From an uncultured Pseudomonadota bacterium (GTDB lineage: Bacteria > Babelota > Babeliae > Babelales > CAZZPM01): 44,272 nt of DNA. Below are positions 8,245 through 16,567 of this stretch, piece after piece. The position numbers and the translations under genes are program-made. Under the pieces are notes generated by a model. That model was not told the DNA's origin and did not search any database. It saw only the letters and a program-made list of their open reading frames with translations. How positions within the stretch are numbered: position 1 is the first letter of the stretch; each line of letters begins with the position of its first letter. The stretch is from contig CAZZPM010000002.1 in the NCBI GenBank assembly GCA_964655535.1, positions 1-44,272 on the forward strand, read 5' to 3'.

Positions 8245-10107
8245 ATGTGTGGTGTCGCCGGACTTATTACGTGGAATCAAGCTTCTGTCTCTTTTTCTCC
8301 TCAAAAAGCATGTCAGGCCATGACCAATGCGCTTGCGCACCGTGGCAATGATGGAGAACACTTTTTTATTTCTGCTTCAGATCGCTGTTTTTTAGGCCAT
8401 CGCCGCCTTTCAATCATTGATACCACATCAGCAGGACAACAACCAATGCAGAGTAACGATGGACGATTTACCCTTGTTTATAATGGTGAAATATATAATT
8501 TTAAAAAATTGAAAAGTCAACTCCAACAAGAAGGTGCTTCATTCACTTCAGAAAGTGATACTGAAGTCCTTTTACAAGGATATATTCTCTGGGGAACTGA
8601 TATTTTCAAACAACTACGCGGCATGTTTGCAGGTGGCATCTGGGATGAACAGAAACAAGAATTAATTATTTTCAGAGATCAAATCGGCATCAAGCCATTG
8701 TATTGGTGGCAAGATCAAGATCATTTTTCCTTTGCATCAGAATTAACAGCACTCCGCAAACATCCACTGATTCCATCAATCATCAATCAAGCAGGAGTTG
8801 CTGAATATTTTTCATCAGGCAGTATTCATCCGCCACGGACTATTTTTAATGATATTCATGCACTTGAACCAGGACACTTTTTACAAATATCACAACAAAA
8901 CATCAAACAAACAAAATACTGGAGTCTTACCAATATTCAAAGCAGAGAACATCATGGAGAAAACATCCCAGAGAAGATTCTCGATCTTTTACGCGATGCT
9001 GTTGCTCATCACATAATCTCTGATATTCCCGTTGGTGCATTTCTCAGCGGTGGCGTTGATTCAAGCTGCATTGTTGCACTCATGAAAGAACAGACAACTG
9101 AAACAATCAACACATTTAGCATCGGCTTTGACCATGCAGGCAAACAGATTGATGAATCAATGTATGCAAACAATATTGCAAAATATTTAGGAACTGAACA
9201 TCAAAATATTATTTGCACCAGCAAAACATTTATTGATAATTTTGACCATTTTATTGCACATCTTGATCAACCAAGTACCGATGGCTTTAATTCATTTTTA
9301 GTCTCTCAAGCAACAGCTCAAAAAGTTCATGTTGCACTCTCAGGGCTTGGTGGTGATGAATTATTTTTGGGTTATCGATATCATCAAGAACTTGCACGCA
9401 TAATGCCGCTGACCAATAGTTTTTTTTATCCTGCACTTTCACACCTTTCAGCACTTGCTAACAAATTTTCTATCATCAAAAAAATGCTCTATCATTCATC
9501 CTTCAGAGGGTTTGAACGATTATATGAAAGTCAAAAATATGATGGCTATCTTGCAGCACGAACGATCACTGATTATCCCTTCATGCAAAATCAACAGAGA
9601 TATCAGGCAGATGCACTTGCACAATTACATGCTATTTTTGATCAAGAAAAAGATCTACTCAATGCTTACAGCAAAGCAGAACTCGCATGGTACACACCAG
9701 GCACACTGCTTCGTGATGCAGATGTTACCGGCATGGCCTTCACGCTTGAAGTTCGTTTTCCTTTTTTAGATATTCCTCTCATTGAATATATGCTCAAACT
9801 CCCCAGCTCATATAAAATATCTACTAATAATCTCACTCCAAAACCATTATTACGTTCCATTTTATCAACATTAATGCCGCTTAATTTGCTCGTTCCTACT
9901 AAAAGCGGCTTTGAAATGCCTTTGGGATCGTGGATTTTAGAACATCCAGTTTTATTGGAACCAATCAAAAATGACCAATTTATTCCTCGAGAACTACTCA
10001 AAAAACAGTTAGCTCTTTTAAAAAAGAAACCAACAGAATATCTACCAATCTGGCAATCAATACTTTTTACACACTGGCTTACACATCATCACCTTTCCTA
10101 TGCATAA
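8245..10107 (+). CDS. Asparagine synthase (glutamine-hydrolysing)-type amidotransferase, polysaccharide-cluster type (WbpS-like)
   Basis: The N-terminal nucleophile is in MCGVAGL (Cys2). The PP-loop is FLSGGVDSS. Length is 620 aa, and the gene sits inside a glycosyltransferase operon. Confidence 0.85.
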   Translation: MCGVAGLITWNQASVSFSPQKACQAMTNALAHRGNDGEHFFISASDRCFLGHRRLSIIDTTSAGQQPMQSNDGRFTLVYNGEIYNFKKLKSQLQQEGASFTSESDTEVLLQGYILWGTDIFKQLRGMFAGGIWDEQKQELIIFRDQIGIKPLYWWQDQDHFSFASELTALRKHPLIPSIINQAGVAEYFSSGSIHPPRTIFNDIHALEPGHFLQISQQNIKQTKYWSLTNIQSREHHGENIPEKILDLLRDAVAHHIISDIPVGAFLSGGVDSSCIVALMKEQTTETINTFSIGFDHAGKQIDESMYANNIAKYLGTEHQNIICTSKTFIDNFDHFIAHLDQPSTDGFNSFLVSQATAQKVHVALSGLGGDELFLGYRYHQELARIMPLTNSFFYPALSHLSALANKFSIIKKMLYHSSFRGFERLYESQKYDGYLAARTITDYPFMQNQQRYQADALAQLHAIFDQEKDLLNAYSKAELAWYTPGTLLRDADVTGMAFTLEVRFPFLDIPLIEYMLKLPSSYKISTNNLTPKPLLRSILSTLMPLNLLVPTKSGFEMPLGSWILEHPVLLEPIKNDQFIPRELLKKQLALLKKKPTEYLPIWQSILFTHWLTHHHLSYA

Positions 10108-10117
10108 AGGGGATTTT

Positions 10118-11332
10118 ATGAAAAAGAAAATTTTATATTTACATCATGGGAAAGGACTTGGTGGAGCACCACTCAGCCTTTTATATCTTATTCAAAAACT
10201 TGATCTTGAAAAATATGAACCGATTGTTCTTTTTTTACATGCATCAGAAGCAATGACACTATACGAAGAAAATGATATTACCATTGTTGGTCCCGTCAAT
10301 CGATATGACTTTCCTCACACCAAAATTTGGTGGCATAGATGGTTTCATATGCATCGCTTTATGAAAATTATTTTTGACACTTTGGTCACTATTTTTTTTG
10401 ATGGACCACGCTGGATTAAAAGTATTAAACCGGATCTTTTACATCTCAATACCAGCTCGCTCATCGCCTGGGCACTTGTTGCTCATCGTTATAACATTCC
10501 TGTAGTTTGGCACATCAGGGAACCACTTGCTCAAGGATATTTTGGCATACGAAAAAGACTTATCAGCTGGATTATAAAAAAATATGCTACACACATTATT
10601 CCTATTTCAAAACATGATGGACTCCCGTGGATTAAAGAATCAAAAACAACCGTGCTCCATAATCCTGTCGACACAAAACTTTTTTATCCTGCTTTTACAG
10701 ATGCTGGCATGCGCGCACACCTCAAAATTCCTCCCATAAGTCCAGTTATTCTTTTTTTAGGCGGGATCTCAAAAGAAAAAGGAACTGACACTATTTTACA
10801 AGCATTTGAAAAATTATTAAAACGACAACCAAATAGTTATTTAATAATTGCAGGAGCTCATCCCTACGAACATGACACACGCTTTGCTTTACATTATATT
10901 CTTTCTCCTTCAGCGCGGTATCTTGAACAGGTGCGCACGATCAGTAAACGACTCGGAAATCATGTCATTTTTACCGGTCCTTCCCGAAAAATACCCTCTC
11001 TCATTGCACTCAGCACCGTCGTTGTCTTTCCTGCATCTGTTGGACATTTTGCCCGCCCCATCATTGAAGCTGCTTGCATGGCAAAACCGGTCATTGCATC
11101 AGCATTAGCTCCACTGCAAGAATTAGTGGTTAACAAAACAACAGGATATCTTTTACCACCACATGATATTGATGCCTGGACTGATCATTTAGAAAAAATA
11201 ATTATTCATCCTTCGCTCGCAAAAAAATTAGGAAATCATGCATATCACCTCAGCACGCGCTATCACAGTGATATTTATGCAAAAAAAATATCTACCATTT
11301 ATAAAACTATTTTGAAAGGAACTCATGAATAA
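10118..11332 (+). CDS. Glycosyltransferase, GT4 family
   Basis: AAGGGGA at 10107-10113 precedes ATG 10118 (MKKKILYLHHGKGLGGAPLS). The C-terminal half has FARPIIEAACMAKPVIAS. Confidence 0.85.
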   Translation: MKKKILYLHHGKGLGGAPLSLLYLIQKLDLEKYEPIVLFLHASEAMTLYEENDITIVGPVNRYDFPHTKIWWHRWFHMHRFMKIIFDTLVTIFFDGPRWIKSIKPDLLHLNTSSLIAWALVAHRYNIPVVWHIREPLAQGYFGIRKRLISWIIKKYATHIIPISKHDGLPWIKESKTTVLHNPVDTKLFYPAFTDAGMRAHLKIPPISPVILFLGGISKEKGTDTILQAFEKLLKRQPNSYLIIAGAHPYEHDTRFALHYILSPSARYLEQVRTISKRLGNHVIFTGPSRKIPSLIALSTVVVFPASVGHFARPIIEAACMAKPVIASALAPLQELVVNKTTGYLLPPHDIDAWTDHLEKIIIHPSLAKKLGNHAYHLSTRYHSDIYAKKISTIYKTILKGTHE

Positions 11333-12134
11333 TCAAGAACAACTGAAAAAAGAAGTTTTTAAATATTGGGATGCTGCAAGTTGCGGAACTGAAGTCACTG
11401 CAAAAAAAAAATTTTCCCGCTCTTACTTTGAAGAAATCGAAGAAATTCGATATCAACTTGAACCAGAAATTCATGCTTTTGCACAATTTACCCGCTTTCA
11501 TAATAAAAAAATTCTTGAAGTTGGCGTTGGTGCGGGAACCGATTTTTTACAATGGATTCGTGCAGGTGCGATAGCGTACGGTATTGATTTAACCGATGAA
11601 GCAATTGAACATGTTCGTCATCGACTCAGCCTCTATCAACTGACGGCTCAAGAAATCAAACGCGCAGATGCTGAAAAATTACCCTACGAAAATGATTTTT
11701 TTGATCTTGCCTATTCATGGGGTGTTATTCATCATTCACCTAACACCGAGCTCTGTCTCAAAGAATTAATTCGCGTCACCAAACCAGGTGGAACTATCAA
11801 AGTGATGATCTACAACAGACATTCATTATTTGCATTCTATCGCTATCTTCTTGAAGGACTTTTTAAGGGAAAACCTTTTCAATCATTTAAAAAAATTTTA
11901 TACAATAATCAAGAAAGCCCGGGAACCAAAGCATATACTTTTAAAGAAGTAAAAAAAATCTGCTCCTCTCTCCCCGTTAACATCAAAAAAATGATCGCAC
12001 CACCAACCAATCACGATCTTTTATACTATAAAGCAAAACCGTTTCAATGGATTGCACGCTGCACAGCGTTTTTAAAAGGATGGACAACTTCAGGCTGGTT
12101 TTTAATGATTGAATTACAAAAGAAGCATAGCTAA
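11325..12134 (+). CDS. Class I SAM-dependent methyltransferase
   Basis: Motif I is ILEVGVGAGTDF, with GGTIKVMIYN downstream. An 8-nt overlap with the preceding GT places it in the same operon. Confidence 0.8.
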   Translation: MNNQEQLKKEVFKYWDAASCGTEVTAKKKFSRSYFEEIEEIRYQLEPEIHAFAQFTRFHNKKILEVGVGAGTDFLQWIRAGAIAYGIDLTDEAIEHVRHRLSLYQLTAQEIKRADAEKLPYENDFFDLAYSWGVIHHSPNTELCLKELIRVTKPGGTIKVMIYNRHSLFAFYRYLLEGLFKGKPFQSFKKILYNNQESPGTKAYTFKEVKKICSSLPVNIKKMIAPPTNHDLLYYKAKPFQWIARCTAFLKGWTTSGWFLMIELQKKHS

Positions 12135-12956
12135 AATGGGTGCTAACATATAAAAACTCAAATACCACAGATATCCTTTTTGTCCTGCCAAAAAAATAAG
12201 ATAAAAAATAATATACGCTATTAGTCCTGCAATAAAACATGAACCTAAAAATAAAGGATTCATCAATAATGCATATGATTCTACTGGAAGCTCTAAAAGT
12301 GCTTTTAAACTAGACGCCGACAAAAGCGGTAAATACACAACGAATGAAAAATAGAGAGCACGACGAAATGAAAAGCCCAACAGAAACATTCCCGTTGCCA
12401 ATGTACTTCCAAAGCGTGAATATGAAAATAATTTTGCTCCACCTTGTACAACGCCCATAATTATTGCATCATACATCAAGCACCATGATTTTTTTTGATC
12501 TTTTGCATAACGAAGCAAAAAAAGTGCACTTCCGGTCAATGCAAAACCAATGATTTGTTGTTGATTACAGATGCCACATACAAAAATATATTTACAAAAA
12601 AAATAAGGAATAGCTGTCACTATATCGGCACAAAGCACAAAGCAAAGCAATTGCCCCATCATTATTAACCATTTTTTTTGTACAAAACGAAGTTTATTTT
12701 TTTGCATATACATTTTTGCAATTGAAAAAAAATTATAGAGAGTATTACTAATATCTGCTCTAAAAAATAAAAGAATAATAAAAATTGTTGGAATATTTAA
12801 AATTCCTTCAAACCATTCAGGCATCATCCACCCAATTGGCAGCCATTCAGCTTCAATTGCATATTTTTTAACTAAAAAAAGATGTCCTGTTGAACTAATC
12901 GGAATCATCTCAACAATAATTTGAATAACCGCCAACAAGGTCATTATTGCATACAT
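12114..12956 (-). CDS. uppP: Undecaprenyl-diphosphate phosphatase
   Basis: EMIPISSTGHL matches the BacA motif E-x-LP-VSS-x-GH. YSRFGSTLATGMFLLG matches PG-x-SRSG-x-T. The protein is polytopic and hydrophobic. Confidence 0.8.
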   Translation of the reverse strand: MYAIMTLLAVIQIIVEMIPISSTGHLFLVKKYAIEAEWLPIGWMMPEWFEGILNIPTIFIILLFFRADISNTLYNFFSIAKMYMQKNKLRFVQKKWLIMMGQLLCFVLCADIVTAIPYFFCKYIFVCGICNQQQIIGFALTGSALFLLRYAKDQKKSWCLMYDAIIMGVVQGGAKLFSYSRFGSTLATGMFLLGFSFRRALYFSFVVYLPLLSASSLKALLELPVESYALLMNPLFLGSCFIAGLIAYIIFYLIFLAGQKGYLWYLSFYMLAPILAMLLL

Positions 12957-12971
12957 TATATTTCCTCAATA

Positions 12972-13937
12972 TTACAAAGTAGATTGTACAAATGGTGTAG
13001 TCACTATAGCAGCTTTTGATCGTGCATAAAACTCTTTTTTCAGTTGTACTAATCGATCAATTGATGCTTGTGAATGACGCACTTCACCCGCTTGAGCAGG
13101 CATATTCAGAATCTTTGTTACTTTTTTATCTGTTTTATCTTCAAGCATTTTTACCAGATCATGTAATGTAATTGATTTTCCTGTTGCAACATTGCAGACA
13201 AAAAAACTTTGCTCTGCCAACGCTGCTGCAATAAGATTTGCTTCCACGATTTCATGTACCGAAATAAAATCACGCGTTTGATAACCATCACCAAAAAATG
13301 TAATCGGGTTCTCTTGATGCAATGCACGTATAAAACGAGGAACAACTGAAGCATAGGCCCCATCAGGATTTTGACGTTCACCATAGACATTAAAATAGCG
13401 TAACACCGTGGCCGCTTGTATCTTTTTTTTCGCTACAGCATCTTGTATTAATTGTTCTGCCAATAACTTTGACTCTGCGTAAGGAGAAAGAGGCATCAAC
13501 AACATCTCTTCTTTACAAAGCCCTTCATGATTGCCATACAATGCTGCGGTGGATGAAAAAACTAAAATAGGTTTTTTATTTGAAGAAACTGCATCAATAA
13601 TATTTTTAGTTCCCTGATAATTAATTGCATGACAAAGCGCTGGGTTTTCTATCGATTGCTGTACTGAAACAAAAGCGGCAGCATGAAAAATATAGGTATA
13701 ATCATGCAATGCAAAAAGTGCTTTCACCTGATCAGTATTCTGAATATCAGCTTCAACAAGCTCTATTTTTTTATCAACTAAAGAAAGATTTTCATAAAAC
13801 CCGGTTGAAAAATTATCAACAACGGTAACTAATGCTTCAGCAGCAACGAGCGCTTCCACCAGATGCGAACCGATAAAACCAGCGCCACCCGTTACCAAAA
13901 CATGACGCCCCTGATAATACTGTTTAAAAATATCCAT
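12972..13937 (-). CDS. NAD-dependent nucleotide-sugar 4-epimerase (WbpP/TviC-like SDR)
   Basis: VLVTGGAGFIGSHLVEAL is the GxxGxxG motif. YAESK is the catalytic YxxxK. FNVYGERQNPDGAYASVVPRF resembles WbpP/TviC-type epimerases. Confidence 0.85.
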   Translation of the reverse strand: MDIFKQYYQGRHVLVTGGAGFIGSHLVEALVAAEALVTVVDNFSTGFYENLSLVDKKIELVEADIQNTDQVKALFALHDYTYIFHAAAFVSVQQSIENPALCHAINYQGTKNIIDAVSSNKKPILVFSSTAALYGNHEGLCKEEMLLMPLSPYAESKLLAEQLIQDAVAKKKIQAATVLRYFNVYGERQNPDGAYASVVPRFIRALHQENPITFFGDGYQTRDFISVHEIVEANLIAAALAEQSFFVCNVATGKSITLHDLVKMLEDKTDKKVTKILNMPAQAGEVRHSQASIDRLVQLKKEFYARSKAAIVTTPFVQSTL

Positions 13938-13960
13938 TTCTCTTTTCTCCCTTTTGTATC

Positions 13961-15322
13961 TTACAATTGCACACCCTCTTTTGTCGCATTGGTAATATAT
14001 TTTGATTGATACAATGCAATATCAGCTTCGATTGCATCAACCACAGCACGACCATCTAACACAGCCTCCTGCATACTTGAATATTTCCATGCACCAAAAC
14101 GACCAATCGAATGAATATTCCACGCTCTTAATTGTGCAAAGAGTGATGCAAGATTTTTTTCGCGCCATGCATCATAAATAACGTACGCATGATCGAGAAC
14201 AAGATTTTTTTGCATAATAATTGATTGTGAAGGAATATCAAAAACTTTACACGTCTGAGCAATCGCTTCATCACGCAACCTTTTTTTCCCATCTTCAGTA
14301 ATCCGTCCTGGTAAAAATGAACATTCACCATACAATGAGCTACTCCCTTCAGGAGCTAAAGAACGAGAAACATTGCTCCAAAATCCAACACGATACGCAT
14401 GATACTCTCGTTCAGGAAAATAGATCCAATGCTGATTACATGGAATATGGTAATCAACACCAATATTATAATTGATAACCGTGTTGCACAATAATTTACG
14501 ACTCGCAAGACTTATTTTATCAACTGCATGTCCTTTTAATTTTTTTAACAGAATATTAAGCGGCATGGTAGAAATAAAATAATCATATGATTTGACTGTG
14601 CCATTCGCAAAAAAAACCTTTTTAAGATCAACATTAACTTCAACAACTTCATGCTCATAGGCAATTGGTGAAAACAGATGTTTCACTAATGAAGAAATTA
14701 ATCCTGAAATGCCTCCCCGCTTAGGATAAAAAAATTTACTATTGTATCCCGCTGTTGTTTTTTTATTTGTTAAGGCACCTTGCAGCAGATCATCAAGCTG
14801 AATTTTAGGAACAAATCGGCCCGTCCACGACGGATGCACTTTTTTTACATCATACGCCAATAATTTTCCATTAAATGGAAAAAAGAAATGCTCACCGAAT
14901 CCTTTACCAAAATGTTTTAAAACCCATTGATAAAAAGTTACTGGATTTTTATATCGACCAGACCGCTTCATAAACCCTTCAATACAATCAATAATAACCG
15001 ACAATGGTTGTCCGTATAAATGCATTTGATAGGGATATTCAACCAATACCTGATTATTATAAACAGCTGCCTTTCTTTCAATCGTTTGCAATTGCGAAAA
15101 ACCAAAAACTGTTTCTAAAAAATATCTAAAATACTCATCATTAATATGTAAATAATGTCCCGTATGATCAAATGTAAAACCAGAAACTGTTTCTGATCGA
15201 AGAAGGCCACCAGGCACTGATAATTTTTCAACAATTGAAACATCAAATGATGCTTTTTTTTCTAAATGATACGCAGCAGAAAGACCAGTAAGTCCTGATC
15301 CTGCGATTAAAACTTTTACCAT
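13961..15322 (-). CDS. FAD-dependent oxidoreductase, UDP-galactopyranose-mutase-like (long form)
   Basis: The N-terminal dinucleotide fold is KVLIAGSGLTGLSAAYHL...VEKLSVPGGL. FDHTGHYLHINDEYFRYF and VLVEYPYQMHL recall, from memory, the long (eukaryote-type) UGM motifs GGHVIFSHYKYFD and FVPYPFQNN. Confidence 0.55.
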   Translation of the reverse strand: MVKVLIAGSGLTGLSAAYHLEKKASFDVSIVEKLSVPGGLLRSETVSGFTFDHTGHYLHINDEYFRYFLETVFGFSQLQTIERKAAVYNNQVLVEYPYQMHLYGQPLSVIIDCIEGFMKRSGRYKNPVTFYQWVLKHFGKGFGEHFFFPFNGKLLAYDVKKVHPSWTGRFVPKIQLDDLLQGALTNKKTTAGYNSKFFYPKRGGISGLISSLVKHLFSPIAYEHEVVEVNVDLKKVFFANGTVKSYDYFISTMPLNILLKKLKGHAVDKISLASRKLLCNTVINYNIGVDYHIPCNQHWIYFPEREYHAYRVGFWSNVSRSLAPEGSSSLYGECSFLPGRITEDGKKRLRDEAIAQTCKVFDIPSQSIIMQKNLVLDHAYVIYDAWREKNLASLFAQLRAWNIHSIGRFGAWKYSSMQEAVLDGRAVVDAIEADIALYQSKYITNATKEGVQL

Positions 15323-15513
15323 AGATTCTCCTTTTTTTCATATGGTTTTGTTCCATCCCACGATATTATAGCATAACGAAGTTTTAATAAATGATCTCTT
15401 TTTTTAATGTTTTAAAAAACATTTTTAAATTATTTACAAATGATATAATGTTTTATAAAGTTCTCAGAAAAAATGAGCTCTATTTTTTATCAATATTTAA
15501 TTAAGGAAACAAC

Positions 15514-16080
15514 ATGAAAAAAATATTATTAGCTCTTCTTATGTCAATCACCTTGCAATCATCTATAAAAGCTGCTTCTGAAACATTTAAAATAATTAAT
15601 ACTCTAAAAGAACTTAATACTATAGAATTTAAACACCAATCAATTCTATGCCTTGAAAATGAATTATTTACAAGATTATGTATAAAATCTTTTCATGCTT
15701 ATGGAAGCACTTTAATCAGTGGTCGACTTAAATATCTTCTTAAAACACTTAAACTACGGTGTAGTATCATATTTTTATTACGAACACCTATAGAACCACA
15801 ATTTACTATAACCGATGAAACTATTAAATACTTAAATAAAGAATATCCTGACATTCATACTATTGTTTTAATTGATTCAAAAGATAAAAAATTCATAGAA
15901 GCGCTTAAGCGCAGAAATATAATTTCTTTTGAAAATGGAGCACTTCGTGTAAGCTACATTGCGGATAATCTTAGCCCCTTTGATATGAAAGAACAAAAAG
16001 AACTCAATCAACTCTATATTAAAAAACCACAAAATAAAAAATATAATCCAGATGATTATGACTTTTTACATCTTCAATAA
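15514..16080 (+). CDS. Hypothetical secreted protein (orphan)
   Basis: AAGGAA lies 6 nt upstream of the ATG. The signal peptide is MKKILLALLMSITLQSSIKAAS. I recognise no family motif. Confidence 0.6.
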   Translation: MKKILLALLMSITLQSSIKAASETFKIINTLKELNTIEFKHQSILCLENELFTRLCIKSFHAYGSTLISGRLKYLLKTLKLRCSIIFLLRTPIEPQFTITDETIKYLNKEYPDIHTIVLIDSKDKKFIEALKRRNIISFENGALRVSYIADNLSPFDMKEQKELNQLYIKKPQNKKYNPDDYDFLHLQ

Positions 16081-16233
16081 CCTTATTTTATTGTTTTTTT
16101 ACTTCTTCTTTCATAAAAAGGCCCGCCTATCAGCTAAAATATTGCAAATAGAAAGAAAGTTGTGTTAATGTCAATATATAAGTAATTTTTTAAAAAAAGA
16201 AAATTTTTAATATTTGTATAATAAGGAGAAATA

Positions 16234-16494
16234 ATGGACAACAAAATGGAAGATATTGTTTCAACAGCTCGACAATGGGCTCAAAACAATAAAAATCTTG
16301 TTCGCGGATATGGATTTTTAATTCTCGGTCTCATTTTATTATATCTCACTTTTAAAATTATCTTGAATATGCTTCTTTTTGGAGCTGGAATCTTACTCCT
16401 TCAAGATGCCTGCCAACAACTACAATTTACCAGTGTTTCAAACTTTTTTGAAAAAATATTTAGTTTCTTACGCTGCAACTGCAACACAAAATAA
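16234..16494 (+). CDS. Hypothetical small membrane protein (2 predicted TM segments)
   Basis: A strong AAGGAG lies 6 nt upstream of the ATG. The hydrophobic segments are GFLILGLILLYLTFKIIL and MLLFGAGILLL. Confidence 0.55.
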   Translation: MDNKMEDIVSTARQWAQNNKNLVRGYGFLILGLILLYLTFKIILNMLLFGAGILLLQDACQQLQFTSVSNFFEKIFSFLRCNCNTK

Positions 16495-16518
16495 GACTAC
16501 AATTATTAAAATTAAAAT

Positions 16519-16550
16519 GGGGCGCTTAGCACTAGCACCCCATTTTTTAT
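16519..16550. terminator. Shared hairpin terminator between convergent genes
   Basis: The stem GGGGCGCT / AGCACCCC has one mismatch and is followed by ATTTTTTATTATTTTT. An A-rich run precedes it, so it could serve both strands. Confidence 0.5.
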
Positions 16551-16567
16551 TATTTTTCTAATGATAA

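Noticed and set aside
8798-10001. Internal alternative-frame and antisense ORFs (72-111 aa) within the asparagine-synthase-like gene. Similar short ORFs occur inside the pnp, rpoB, rpoC and mscK-like genes.
   Set aside because: All are nested in long ORFs with clear family motifs. They lack RBSs and have skewed composition typical of off-frame translation.
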